Part shown: piece after piece, positions 28,642 to 39,067 of the stretch | How the letters are laid out: each line of letters opens with the position of its first letter | Position numbering within the stretch: position 1 is the first letter of the stretch | DNA from: a virus | IMG/VR virus record: IMGVR_UViG_3300036766_000548 | Coordinates: 14,012 to 78,011 of that record | Length of the DNA stretch: 64,000 nt | Direction: 5' to 3' (one strand) | The notes under the pieces: model-generated | The model's database searches: none | Seen by the model: the letters and a program-made list of their open reading frames with translations, nothing else | Told to the model about the DNA's origin: nothing | Translations under genes and position numbers: made by a program

Positions 28642-29707
28642 CGAACGTCGAGATAAGCTGAATACCAAATTCTGATACGAACACCACCCTGGTCTTAACT
28701 TTCTCTTGCACTACGGTATTTTTTAGATAGAAACTCTTACTATATTTTATCCCGTTCTGTATCATCGAATAATCCACATAAATGCTTATAGGCGAAATAT
28801 CATTCTTGAACGGCTTTTCCCATGGAACATTTTCAGTATACTTGCCGCTTGGCCTTTGACTGAATACTTCTATATTGTCCTTAGTAAAAGTCAATTTAAC
28901 CGTATCGAAACTTTCTATATTCTGGCTAAGTGCCGCTGCTCTGTTCACTGCATCAATCAACTTATTAGGAAGCTCATTTGAAATATCGCCTTTTTCCTTT
29001 TTATGACTTTCAATAAAATCAATTACTTTACTATATGGATAATTTTCCTGAGCCAATCGCTTGCAACTGAAGATAGTTTTGTCCTCTGTCTGGAAATGCA
29101 CCCAAGAATCCGACACATAATATTTTACGACATTATTCAATTTCAATAGTTCGGTAACAGCATCATTATTGATCCAGAATGAAGTTACAATCTCATCATC
29201 CAAAGTATAATGATTAACCTTCAAATTATCGGTTGAAATGATATTCTTATCTGAACAATAAACACCGGACAATTGTGATTGTGACTTGAAATTGCATATT
29301 GCCAAGCCCTCGAAAAACCGTTCAAGAATATTTACCCATTTGAACTTACCATTGGTTATTCCCTGGATACGCTCAATGAGATTGTTTTCAAGCAATGTCA
29401 ATTCAGCTCGGGCATTCTCAGATTTTACAATCCACATATCAGACTTTGGAACGATGGAAATGGTATCACCTTCATAGCGGGAAATAAGATCGTAAAAATC
29501 CTTGGCCTTGATGGCGGCAGAAATGTTCTCGCCTGCCTTATTGGTGATAGGAAAATGCACTGATACCGAGATGGTGTCATTATAGGTATGGATAAACCCA
29601 TCATGGAAAATGAAGGTATCGGCACCTTGCAGGATGGTGTTGCCGGATTCAACACCGGGCATGGCTTGTTTCATCGCGGTCAGGAATTCTGATCTTTGTA
29701 AAATCAT
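28628..29707 (-). CDS. Sliding-clamp-like protein (divergent DnaN)
   Basis: 359 aa three-domain pattern (LSGVY...IISTD; L..ENYPY; LIDAVNRAA); next to dnaE. Confidence 0.6.
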   Translation of the reverse strand: MILQRSEFLTAMKQAMPGVESGNTILQGADTFIFHDGFIHTYNDTISVSVHFPITNKAGENISAAIKAKDFYDLISRYEGDTISIVPKSDMWIVKSENARAELTLLENNLIERIQGITNGKFKWVNILERFFEGLAICNFKSQSQLSGVYCSDKNIISTDNLKVNHYTLDDEIVTSFWINNDAVTELLKLNNVVKYYVSDSWVHFQTEDKTIFSCKRLAQENYPYSKVIDFIESHKKEKGDISNELPNKLIDAVNRAAALSQNIESFDTVKLTFTKDNIEVFSQRPSGKYTENVPWEKPFKNDISPISIYVDYSMIQNGIKYSKSFYLKNTVVQEKVKTRVVFVSEFGIQLISTFDGGE

Positions 29708-30582
29708 TTATTTATCTCCTTTGTTATCTTCTTCAAATCTATACCATCCTTGACTAAGTATAATAAATGCGACCGCTGCCACTGAAGGAACTTGTCCATT
29801 CCCAATGGCTGCAATGCGGTCCACTCTATTGGCCAACCCATCAGCCACTCTACCCAATTCGGATTCAGTTGACCACCAGTTTCTATTGCTTCCTTTGCCG
29901 TTATTCTTGTTAGGCTGTCTTTCCTGTTTATATTTATTTGTTTCAATAAACTTTCTTTGCTGTATGTAGATGTTATTGAATCCATTTTCATTGGAGTCGG
30001 ATACATTCTTACATATCGATCCAATGTCATTTGACTTTTTCCGTTGCGGACTAGATTCAATGTATGTTCCGATTTTCCTGCTTCGCTTTTCATTGGTGTT
30101 GGCAAGAATCCAGATTCGTTCCCGTTTATGTTTCGCCCCAACATCGCAAGCTCCCAGCACTCCCCATCTAGCATCATACCCCATCGTGGCCAAGTCTCCA
30201 AGAACGATTCCAAGTCCTCGAATAGTGAGAAGTGGTGAGTTTTCAATAAGACACCATTCTGGTTTAATTTCGCAAACGATCCTGGCCATTTCTTTCCAAA
30301 GTCCAGAACGCTTGCCTTCCAGTCCAGCTCCCTTTCCTGCTGCGGAAATGTCTTGACAAGGGAATCCGCCGGTAATAATATCCACTCTTCCTTTCCACGG
30401 TTTACCGTCAAATGTTGTAATATCATCCCATATAGGGAATCTTGGTAGTATTCCGTCCCTTTGTCTTTGTAATAGGATTTCAATACAATATTTTTCGATT
30501 TCGACGGCGCAAACCGTTTTCCATCCCAGCAAAGTCCCTCCGAGGATTCCGCCGCCCGCTCCACTAAATAATGAAAGCTCAC
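29704..30582 (-). CDS. Overlapping alternative-frame C5-MTase beta chain (true start uncertain)
   Basis: Stop-free 292-codon frame carrying the motif-IX-like GQLNPNWVEWLMGWP and two PTP repeats. Confidence 0.7.
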   Translation of the reverse strand: MSFHYLVERAAESSEGLCWDGKRFAPSKSKNIVLKSYYKDKGTEYYQDSLYGMILQHLTVNRGKEEWILLPADSLVKTFPQQERELDWKASVLDFGKKWPGSFAKLNQNGVLLKTHHFSLFEDLESFLETWPRWGMMLDGECWELAMLGRNINGNESGFLPTPMKSEAGKSEHTLNLVRNGKSQMTLDRYVRMYPTPMKMDSITSTYSKESLLKQININRKDSLTRITAKEAIETGGQLNPNWVEWLMGWPIEWTALQPLGMDKFLQWQRSHLLYLVKDGIDLKKITKEINK

Positions 30583-30586
30583 GCAT
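29708..30586 (-). CDS. C5-cytosine DNA methyltransferase, alpha chain
   Basis: Motifs I LFSGAGG, IV GGFPCQ, VI ENS, VIII HKRERIW, X AIGNGQV; motif IX absent. Confidence 0.9.
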   Translation of the reverse strand: MRELSLFSGAGGGILGGTLLGWKTVCAVEIEKYCIEILLQRQRDGILPRFPIWDDITTFDGKPWKGRVDIITGGFPCQDISAAGKGAGLEGKRSGLWKEMARIVCEIKPEWCLIENSPLLTIRGLGIVLGDLATMGYDARWGVLGACDVGAKHKRERIWILANTNEKRSRKIGTYIESSPQRKKSNDIGSICKNVSDSNENGFNNIYIQQRKFIETNKYKQERQPNKNNGKGSNRNWWSTESELGRVADGLANRVDRIAAIGNGQVPSVAAVAFIILSQGWYRFEEDNKGDK

Positions 30587-30687
30587 TCTCCTTTTCTCCA
30601 AATAATGATTGCCCGATCAATGTCATCCCCTTTTTCTTATTAGCCATTTTCAGATTAGCTACTGATTGATTATTCGTACTGTTCTCC

Positions 30688-31788
30688 TTAGTCTAATTGC
30701 ATCGGCATAATAATATGATTACTTCCATCTTTATAAATGAAAGTAATTGCTTTTACAAAACTAGTAAATTGTATCTCTTTTAATTCTTTTAGGGTCAATG
30801 CGTCATTCAGATATTTATAATTTATTGCCAAACTAGTCAATAAAGACACAAACGGTTTTCTGGGATTTTCTATAGTATCTTCAATATGCTTCCAACATTT
30901 ATTTTCATTTTCAATTCTATCATTATCATAAAATCCTTTCCATTGCATAGTGCCCATTGTTTTGTTTTCCCATTCAACTATTACCATATCATCTTTATCG
31001 TGTTTAATTATTATTCTTTCCATAGTATCCTTGTTTTTCAACTGCATTGTTTTGGAATAAATATCTTTCCATGCAATTATATCAAGGATATTAATTGTAT
31101 ATGTTTGTTTTTCAGGGACTACTTTCCTCCAATTAGGGAATTGCCCTTCGATATTTGTAGTGCAATAATAAAATACATTACCTTTGTATTCGAATTGAAA
31201 TACATAAAATGCCTTATCAATCTTATACTTTATATTGGCGCCTTTTTTCAATAGCCATTCAAGCATCTTTGAATTAGGAAGTATAACCGCCGGAAACTTA
31301 TCAAATCCTTGTGAGGAAAATAGCCTTCGTCCATCTGTAGATACTACATTTCCTTCATCAAAATAAATACCATTCATGAAATATTTAGTTTCATCATCAG
31401 AAACAAACCTGAAAGCATCCAGCATCAATTGTGATTGAACGCTATTTATATCTACCCATTCTCCAGTAATATCAATTTCTGTTTGCGGAAACTTTTCTAG
31501 CGTATTGTTATTTGTATTAAATCCATCCAACTTCTTGAATGCTTTGCTCAGGGTGTATTCATAGATACCATTTTCTTCATTTCCATTATAAGGCATGACA
31601 AGAAAACTTTTGATATTAGTTGCCAATAGTTTGTTTTCGTTTTTTGCAATATAAGAACAAATCGATAAACTATTTTTGGATAGTTCCATGTGTGAAGCAG
31701 CATCTAAAAAAGCATTGACAGGATCAACCACAACTTGTTTCTTTTCGGGCTTTTCATGTTTCATTTCCTCGCCAAATATATTTTGCAT
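30688..31788 (-). CDS. Second DnaN (beta clamp)-like protein
   Basis: VSDDETKYFMNGIYF, VSTDGRRL, EGQFPNWRKVVP, INYKYLNDAL, IIMPMQL. Confidence 0.8.
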   Translation of the reverse strand: MQNIFGEEMKHEKPEKKQVVVDPVNAFLDAASHMELSKNSLSICSYIAKNENKLLATNIKSFLVMPYNGNEENGIYEYTLSKAFKKLDGFNTNNNTLEKFPQTEIDITGEWVDINSVQSQLMLDAFRFVSDDETKYFMNGIYFDEGNVVSTDGRRLFSSQGFDKFPAVILPNSKMLEWLLKKGANIKYKIDKAFYVFQFEYKGNVFYYCTTNIEGQFPNWRKVVPEKQTYTINILDIIAWKDIYSKTMQLKNKDTMERIIIKHDKDDMVIVEWENKTMGTMQWKGFYDNDRIENENKCWKHIEDTIENPRKPFVSLLTSLAINYKYLNDALTLKELKEIQFTSFVKAITFIYKDGSNHIIMPMQLD

Positions 31789-31798
31789 ATTTACTCCT

Positions 31799-32077
31799 TT
31801 ATTCTAGCATCTTGATATTTTCGTTCTTCACATATTCTATCATGCCAATATTTTTATTGTAGCTATCCTTTCCTTCAAATGATTTTACTATTTCCTTTTC
31901 AATACAAGACATATGAAAAGCACCACGATAAGAACATTGCTCTTTTATATAATCTAAAATATCGCCCTTGCCTGCCGATGGCTCAAGAATATTTGAAATA
32001 TCGTTATGGTCTATTTTACTCCACATTTTAGCGATGAGTTTTTTAGGTGTAGGATAAAATGATTTATTCAATAACAT
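31799..32077 (-). pseudogene. Truncated amino-DNA methyltransferase
   Basis: FYPTP and ILEPSAGKGDI are present, but there is no NPPF/Y catalytic motif; only 92 aa. Confidence 0.65.
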
Positions 32078-32093
32078 TCATATTCCTTTCATC

Positions 32094-32111
32094 TATTATA
32101 TATCATTACTC
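32094..32111 (-). promoter_or_regulatory. Repeated promoter motif, type 3
   Basis: Minus strand GAGTAATGATATATAATA; identical at 51412-51429 (-), near-copy at 51541-51556 (+). Confidence 0.7.
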
Positions 32112-32119
32112 AACATTTT

Positions 32120-32893
32120 TCAAAACAAATCGTATTTACTTTTTCTTCCTTTTAATTGTTTTTCTGGGTTTCTTATTCTATCTACGGATAAATTGAAATA
32201 TTTTTCATCCTTTTCTATTCCTATAAAATTTCTGTTTATATATTTACAAGCTATTCCTGTTGATCCTGAACCCATGCAATTGTCCAATACTGTTTCATTT
32301 TCTAAAGTATACGTTTTGATTAAATATTGTAGTAATAATACTGGCTTTTGAGTTGGATGCAATCTATTTTTATCTCTTTTGAATTTTATAATTGATACTG
32401 GAAATCTATCCCCATTATTTTTTGTAATTATGTTTGTTTGATCTCCATAATTTTTACTACCATTGCCACTTTTACAAGTATATGGAATCCCTTTTCTCAT
32501 TTGTGGATTATATATTGATTGTTTTTTATAAAATACTAAAATATTTTCGTGGTTTTTTAATGGCATTATTTTTGAATTCAAATGGCCACTTCCTATTTCC
32601 TTATTCCAAATCCATTCATATTTTAACATTTTTAGATTAGAATAACTTAAAACTTTATCAAATGGGGTTTGAGAAAATAACACTATAGCTGAGTTATCTT
32701 TACAAACTCTATTATATTGTTTCCAAAGTAAAGATAAATCTATAACAGAATCCCATGAATTATTTGTAGTTCCATATGGCAAATCACACAAAATCATATT
32801 AATACTTTTATCAGGAATGATTTTCATCACTTCCAGACAATCGCCTAGATATAAAGTGGAATTATCAATTATAGTTTTATTGTATTTATTCAT
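32120..32893 (-). CDS. Beta-class N6A/N4C DNA methyltransferase
   Basis: DLPYG, HPTQKP, VLDNCMGSGSTG. Confidence 0.9.
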   Translation of the reverse strand: MNKYNKTIIDNSTLYLGDCLEVMKIIPDKSINMILCDLPYGTTNNSWDSVIDLSLLWKQYNRVCKDNSAIVLFSQTPFDKVLSYSNLKMLKYEWIWNKEIGSGHLNSKIMPLKNHENILVFYKKQSIYNPQMRKGIPYTCKSGNGSKNYGDQTNIITKNNGDRFPVSIIKFKRDKNRLHPTQKPVLLLQYLIKTYTLENETVLDNCMGSGSTGIACKYINRNFIGIEKDEKYFNLSVDRIRNPEKQLKGRKSKYDLF

Positions 32894-34319
32894 TTATTTT
32901 TCGTTTATATCTACATTTTTCTTCACTTTTATTCTCATATCCTATAACCTCTTTTTTCATCCTTGAATCGATGCATGGCCTGCCTAAATCCAAGCATTGC
33001 AACACCACGGCCTGATCCGATATATGTCTACCTTCCCGCACTTCCATTAACCCTAACCTGATTATGTTATTCTCATTTTCCTTGTCTGTAGCGTTCAAGC
33101 TCACTGCCAATGTCACATGGTTTATTTTCCTGATATCCTCAGATGCCTGCGAAGTCTTTATGTCGCTATCAAATGTTTTCTTTTCTGTATGGCTTGCCGT
33201 GATTATAGCTATATTCCGTTCATTAGCCATATCGCGTAAGCCTTTCCAAATAGTGTTTATTTTATCCCTATTATCAGTATATTTTTTCCCAGGCTCCATG
33301 TAATCTGCATAATCAATAATAATCACATCTGGAATGAAGTTCTCATAATAATATAAATTATCACAAAGGCTTTCAATCATATTCACCGTTGCCCCAACCA
33401 TAGGAACTATTTTTATCCTGCCTTTTCTATATAACCTCCTCAATTTTTTCTGGAAATCCTCGATGGTGTTCAAGTCCGTTCCTTGCATGTCAATCTCATC
33501 TTGTTCTATTTTATATTTATTGGTAGATTCATCCAATTCAAAATGCGCCGAATGGATAGTACGATTATATAACGGTTCTCCGGTAAGTGAAGGCCATGAA
33601 CGCTTTATTATTGATACATCATTCATCTCCAAAGGAATATAAATGACCTTATTCCCTTGGCTCATTGCTACTTCCGACGTATACCAAAGCCAGAATGACT
33701 TGCCACGTTTGGCAGGCCCAAAATACGACATGAAATCGCCACGAGAAATAGGTTGGATGATTGTCCCTACGGCACCAGGAAATTTTATTATCTCTGAATG
33801 CTCTTTTGTCAATGCGTCTAGTATTTTGTTATGGTCATGAAGTAAATCGATGCCTTGGCCTGTCGGCTTTTCTACTCGCTTATAATTTGATACGTATTGT
33901 TCGGCCTTCACAGGATCATTACTAGCTATAGCATCTTCTAATTGTTCTTTTAATAATTCAGCAGAACGTATCTTCAAATAATTCACACACTGGGTTATTT
34001 CAAAATTGATATTTATGTTTTCTGATTCTTCGTAGCTCTTACTTAACGATTGCAGCAAGACAGAAATATTATCAGATGTTTCCTCATCATCCTGCAATGA
34101 TAATTTATTATTTAAATAGATATCCTTGATGTGCTGTTTTGGCGCGCAGGAAAATTCGGAATAGAACTTTTCGACCCACTTATGGATTTCGCGCCCGTAT
34201 GAAGTTTTCCAATATGAACTTCTGATTATAGGCAATACTTCTTGGCAAAATCTTGTATTAGTTATGAGGAGCGTTAAAATTTTTCTTTCAAAATCCAAGG
34301 AAATTTTCGTTCGCGTCAA
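32886..34319 (-). CDS. DnaB-like replicative helicase
   Basis: GPAKRGKS, IPLEM, IIIDYAD, IITASH. Confidence 0.85.
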   Translation of the reverse strand: MTRTKISLDFERKILTLLITNTRFCQEVLPIIRSSYWKTSYGREIHKWVEKFYSEFSCAPKQHIKDIYLNNKLSLQDDEETSDNISVLLQSLSKSYEESENININFEITQCVNYLKIRSAELLKEQLEDAIASNDPVKAEQYVSNYKRVEKPTGQGIDLLHDHNKILDALTKEHSEIIKFPGAVGTIIQPISRGDFMSYFGPAKRGKSFWLWYTSEVAMSQGNKVIYIPLEMNDVSIIKRSWPSLTGEPLYNRTIHSAHFELDESTNKYKIEQDEIDMQGTDLNTIEDFQKKLRRLYRKGRIKIVPMVGATVNMIESLCDNLYYYENFIPDVIIIDYADYMEPGKKYTDNRDKINTIWKGLRDMANERNIAIITASHTEKKTFDSDIKTSQASEDIRKINHVTLAVSLNATDKENENNIIRLGLMEVREGRHISDQAVVLQCLDLGRPCIDSRMKKEVIGYENKSEEKCRYKRKINE

Positions 34320-34894
34320 ATAATATCCTTTTTATTCAAGATATATTTTTGAATATCTATGAACCTAATCAGTGGTTCCTTATATTCTGGTTTCTTAGAA
34401 AAATGATACCAAGCATAAACCATCATTCCAGTATGTATTTTATTATCCTTTCGTAATGGTTCACCTAACATCGGATATCGATCAAATACATAAATACAAT
34501 TTAATGGGAATATCTTATCTGAATAAATATAATCTAACCGTTGTTTCCCATGCAAATATGATAATGGAAGCAGAAAATAAAAATCATTACATAAAGTTTT
34601 TGCCTTTTGTATAAATTGAAACGCCAATGAATAAGGTGGATTAGTTATGATAGTTTTATACTTATTGGTTTCTGATAAAAAATCCTGCCCATGTTTAATA
34701 TCATAAAAATCCACATTTTCATATTCTTTTAATAATATCTTTACTATCGCTCCATTGCCACAAGCTGGTTCTAATATCGGCTCTTTTAATTTAACTAATT
34801 CTAATAATTTAATAGTAAGACATGAAGGAGTTTCATAAAAATCAGATTTCTTGCGTTGTCCAACATTATTACAAGAAAAGTTTTTACCTTTCAA
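34316..34894 (-). CDS. DNA adenine methyltransferase
   Basis: DFYETP, ILEPACGNG, IITNPPYS. Confidence 0.85.
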   Translation of the reverse strand: MKGKNFSCNNVGQRKKSDFYETPSCLTIKLLELVKLKEPILEPACGNGAIVKILLKEYENVDFYDIKHGQDFLSETNKYKTIITNPPYSLAFQFIQKAKTLCNDFYFLLPLSYLHGKQRLDYIYSDKIFPLNCIYVFDRYPMLGEPLRKDNKIHTGMMVYAWYHFSKKPEYKEPLIRFIDIQKYILNKKDII

Positions 34895-35256
34895 ACGATA
34901 TCCTTTTTACTTATATCTAAAATCCAATCCTCACACATTAATCCTAAATCGCTAGGGTGTGGGTCAAATACTAATTTGCCATTTTTATAAATACAAACAT
35001 GATTGCATCCACGTTCTGATTTTCCCATAACAATATAATATCCGTCTTTTATATATCTATCATATTCTTTATCAAATCTTACCAATCCATTATATTCATA
35101 TCCAATACTATCTAAATACTCAATTACTTGACTCCAAAAATCTTTCATTCCAATAAAATCAGGAATATCATTTATGTCTTTTTCAAATATAGAAGCAAAA
35201 CAAGCTGATAAACAATTACCACCAGGATAAAGGGTGGTTTGTTTTACTTTTACCAT
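34891..35256 (-). CDS. Hypothetical protein, possible papain-like fold
   Basis: Q...GNCLSAC...NHVCI...FDPHP. Confidence 0.5.
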   Translation of the reverse strand: MVKVKQTTLYPGGNCLSACFASIFEKDINDIPDFIGMKDFWSQVIEYLDSIGYEYNGLVRFDKEYDRYIKDGYYIVMGKSERGCNHVCIYKNGKLVFDPHPSDLGLMCEDWILDISKKDIV

Positions 35257-35609
35257 ATTATCCTATCCTTTAATTTTTCTATCAATGCTTTTGAATATAA
35301 TCCCGTAATTCCAACTATTGTTTCTTCATATCGCTTAGAAAAACATTTACCCATGTGATAACAAGTTTCAATAGCGGCGTGGCAACATTCATGGACTATC
35401 GTATCAATCGTCAAATCTTCTTTTGATAATTTCACGCTGCCTATATATGAACTATTTTGACTAGCAGGAACAAATAAACCAAACGATCCTTTTAATCTTT
35501 TATTATCCTCGATCATTTCTTCTCTAGAATCATACAAATAAACCGCTAATTCATATTCCTTGTGTTTATGCTCGGGCATATACCAATATGAACCAATATA
35601 TTCTTTCAA
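35250..35609 (-). CDS. Putative zinc metalloprotein
   Basis: TIVHECCHAA (HExxH) plus downstream EE. Confidence 0.5.
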   Translation of the reverse strand: MKEYIGSYWYMPEHKHKEYELAVYLYDSREEMIEDNKRLKGSFGLFVPASQNSSYIGSVKLSKEDLTIDTIVHECCHAAIETCYHMGKCFSKRYEETIVGITGLYSKALIEKLKDRIIW

Positions 35610-36594
35610 GGTATCTTCTTAAACAGTTTCCAGAATAATCTATAAATGATATTCTTTTCGTTTATAGCAATATCCATGGCATTGTTTATCGACATTCCAC
35701 CAGCTCTATATAAGATTTCATAATCCTTGCTTTCAAAACCCATTATATCATAAATCAATTTTCTAAAAGCACCCTTGCCCGCATTTTCACATATCTTAGT
35801 AAATACCCATGCAACTTGCTCAACGGTTGGTTTGTCCATTATATGTCCTTGGTAAAAATATGAAAACCTAAAATATACAAAAATCCTACTTTCATCGATT
35901 CATTGGCAAAATATTTTACATCCTTCCTGAAATCAATTATGAAATATGAGAATATCGGGAAACTGAAAATGATTATAGAAAATATATCTTTTCGCCTGCC
36001 GCCCTTGATAGTACCAAATGGATATTTCATAATGAAAATACCATAATAAATAATCTAACAAAATGATATAACATACCTAAGCTAATAAGTAAAAATAAAA
36101 TAAAGTTGATTTTATGAAATAATGGATAATCTGAAAAATAAAAATTATATCCTGCTATCGTTCCATTATAAATAACTCCCATAATTGCAAACAATAAACC
36201 GTTAATAAGTAATATTTTCAACTCTAAATTATTCATATAATCACCACCTCCCCATTATAAGCTTCTGCCGCTTTCCGTGCAGTACTTTCAGAACAATATT
36301 TATGGGCATGTTCAATATCGATTCCATACTTGATGCCCGACCATTGCTTTTTATAGCTTGTCACTTTATAGATATAGAAAATCATTCGCCAATTGAAAGA
36401 TGACTTGGAAAGCTTGACTATATATTTCATGAATAAAAAATAGCTTCTATTTCAGTTGAACGTATTTGACAATTATTAAAAATCAATACAGATTTATTTC
36501 CTAAAAATGCTTCGCAAATATCATCCCATTCATCTTCCTGATATTCAGCAATTATGGTATTCCCACTTTTCAAATATACTTCGCAATTTTTCAT
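35606..36594 (-). other. Run of five small hypothetical ORFs (35606-35839, 35839-36030, 36027-36236, 36233-36430, 36427-36594)
   Basis: Overlapping start/stop codons downstream of the type 2 cassette. Confidence 0.5.
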
Positions 36595-36617
36595 TTTATC
36601 CTCCTATCTATATTATA
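36590..36617 (-). promoter_or_regulatory. Repeated promoter+RBS+start cassette, type 2
   Basis: 28/28 identical to 22642-22669. Confidence 0.75.
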
Positions 36618-36622
36618 TCGCC

Positions 36623-38077
36623 TTATTGCAAATTTTTTAGCAATATTTCGTCAAAACTATAATTAAAAATTCCTTTAGATTCTTTGCCATCGAGTATCAT
36701 TGACATTGACCTAAAGCTTTCCTCTATTCTGTCTGCAACTATATTCTCAATAGTTCCATTGGCAAATGGGAAATATACATTAGCCCTTTCCGCTTTTTGT
36801 CCATATCGATCTATCCTGCTTAATACTTGTATAACCTGTCCTGGTGTATCTGGCATTTCTACTATTCCTATCCCTTCGCTTGCCGTTAATGTTAAACCCT
36901 CCCCACCCGCTTCTGTTTGGATAAAAATCAATTTAACCTTTTTATCTTTTTGAAAACTATCTTCGGCCTTCTGCCTATTTATTCCAGAAATACTTCCATC
37001 TATTTTAACTGCTACATTTTTATATTTAGTGTATAAATCATCCATGACGTTTTTATGCCAAACAGAAATAACCAGTTTATCGTGATCTTCTAAATATTCG
37101 TCTATCCATACAAATAATGCTTTTTGCTTTGCTAAATATGCTAATCGTTTTAATTCACTTAACGTATTCTTTCTATCTTTCTTGTTCAGTATCTTATTAA
37201 AATCATTGCTTAGATTATTGTAATTCTTAGCTTCTAATTTTGTCAATTCCAATGGGATAACAGTAAATATTGGTTCTTTTCTTGTTTTCTTTCTTCGTAT
37301 CATTATCTTTTTTAATTTTTCATTTAATTCTTTTTCGTTACTCGATCCGTTAAATTCCCATCCGCCTTTATATCCGATGGTAGGCTCGCAATAATGCCAA
37401 TAATAAGAATATTCTTTAGGGAATAATTTAGGCGCTGTTAAATGCAATATGGTCCAAAAATTACGTGGACGCTTCCTGATTGGTGTTCCTGATAATGGAA
37501 TGAACACCTTGGGCTTTAATTTATTTACTAATTCGACAAAACACATTGTCCAAATAGCTTTTGGATTCCCAAGTCTATGCGCTTCATCCGGTATTACACC
37601 GATTATATTTAATTTAGTTAATTCTTTCCACCACCCTTCTAACCTGACTATGCCCTTTTTATATCTATGCTTTTTATATTTTGTTCCATTCAATTCACAT
37701 TCTTGCTTTATCAATAATTCTTCTTTATCAAATTTCAATTTTCGTTTATCTTCTAATTTTCTGTCTTTAGCGTTTTCCTTTCCTAATATATGATAATTGA
37801 TAATATAGTAACAATAATTTTTAGATAAACTGAATTGCTTTTCGCCATTGATTATATATGAATCTTTTCCCGTCCACTTTTCTATTTCTCGTGCCCATTT
37901 GAGTTTCATTGATTTGGTGCAGACAATTAAATATTTCCCTGGATAGCTGATATCGCTTATACCGATAGCTTCTATTGTTTTGCCAAGGCCACACTCATCC
38001 CCAATAATAGCATAGCCATTATGTTCCTCGACAAATTTAATACATTCTTTTTGATACGGAAGATACTTAAGCTTCAA
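36623..38077 (-). CDS. SNF2-family helicase
   Basis: DECGLGKT, DEAH, LSGTP, GGEGLTL, QVLSRIDRYGQ. Confidence 0.9.
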   Translation of the reverse strand: MKLKYLPYQKECIKFVEEHNGYAIIGDECGLGKTIEAIGISDISYPGKYLIVCTKSMKLKWAREIEKWTGKDSYIINGEKQFSLSKNYCYYIINYHILGKENAKDRKLEDKRKLKFDKEELLIKQECELNGTKYKKHRYKKGIVRLEGWWKELTKLNIIGVIPDEAHRLGNPKAIWTMCFVELVNKLKPKVFIPLSGTPIRKRPRNFWTILHLTAPKLFPKEYSYYWHYCEPTIGYKGGWEFNGSSNEKELNEKLKKIMIRRKKTRKEPIFTVIPLELTKLEAKNYNNLSNDFNKILNKKDRKNTLSELKRLAYLAKQKALFVWIDEYLEDHDKLVISVWHKNVMDDLYTKYKNVAVKIDGSISGINRQKAEDSFQKDKKVKLIFIQTEAGGEGLTLTASEGIGIVEMPDTPGQVIQVLSRIDRYGQKAERANVYFPFANGTIENIVADRIEESFRSMSMILDGKESKGIFNYSFDEILLKNLQ

Positions 38078-38133
38078 TTATTTTCCTTTAATAATAGGCT
38101 GTTTTTTATTTTTCCAACCCATTATATTATCCT

Positions 38134-38256
38134 TTAATTCTCACAGATAATAGCGAGTTGACCACAAGCAGCACCGGCGTTAATTTCGGCTTGTGTCGCG
38201 ATTGCAATGGCATAATCATAACCAGACTTCTGTAATTCTTCCTTAATGCGTTCCAT
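38134..38256 (-). CDS. 40-aa peptide equivalent to the RlmN/Cfr C-terminal catalytic segment
   Basis: MERIKEELQKSGYDYAIAIATQAEINAGAACGQLAIICEN; GAAGGAG SD 7 nt before ATG; AACGQL motif; absent from the ORF track. Confidence 0.8.
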   Translation of the reverse strand: MERIKEELQKSGYDYAIAIATQAEINAGAACGQLAIICEN

Positions 38257-39067
38257 ATATTTCTCCTTCTACTAAAATAGGATCGTCGATAAATCCGTTC
38301 CTCAAAGAATGAATATCAAGTACTAAATTACCCGCAATGCATTTCATTTGATTATTTACTTCACGTTGATATATTTTTGGATATGGATATTTGTTGTATA
38401 TAAAATTAGCACATGAACAACCGTCCCTTTCCATTGATATTGTTTTTCTATAACCAATTAAATCATTTATTGCGACATAATGATTGACACTATAATCGTT
38501 TACTTTCATAAGACCCACAAATCCAAAATCCAATACTCCTTTATTTGAATAATATTCTATATATTCATTTATTTTTTCGTTTGAATCAACAAGTCCTTTT
38601 TGTAGAACGCATGATAAATGCAATTTATCATTCCCATAAATATCAATCATTGAATCAATCTCGAAATCGTTTATTGAATGCCTACTTAATGAAATACTAT
38701 TCACTAATTCATTATTCAACTCGATGCCCTTTCTAGTGTTTATAATTATAAACATTTCAGGGAAAAATGACCGTATCAATTTACATGCCTGTTCTACCTC
38801 ATTAGTAAAATATCCTGGCTCACCTCCAGTAAAAGAAACCCTGTTTATATTGATATTTTTGTCTTTTATGCTAGTCAAAATATAAGACAAAAGGTCCAAA
38901 GAAAATACATCCTTTTTATCTGAACTATATACACAAAATGGACACCCCATATCACAATAATCAGATACGCGAATAAATAAATTAACATAAGGATCGCAAT
39001 ATTTTTGAGATAAACAATCAAAATTTTTTGTCTTTACAACATCTATCCAACTAGACATTTTTAGCAA
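38243..39067 (-). CDS. Radical SAM protein
   Basis: CDMGCPFC and SFTGGEP; extra N- and C-terminal Cys. Confidence 0.85.
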   Translation of the reverse strand: MLKMSSWIDVVKTKNFDCLSQKYCDPYVNLFIRVSDYCDMGCPFCVYSSDKKDVFSLDLLSYILTSIKDKNININRVSFTGGEPGYFTNEVEQACKLIRSFFPEMFIIINTRKGIELNNELVNSISLSRHSINDFEIDSMIDIYGNDKLHLSCVLQKGLVDSNEKINEYIEYYSNKGVLDFGFVGLMKVNDYSVNHYVAINDLIGYRKTISMERDGCSCANFIYNKYPYPKIYQREVNNQMKCIAGNLVLDIHSLRNGFIDDPILVEGEIYGTH

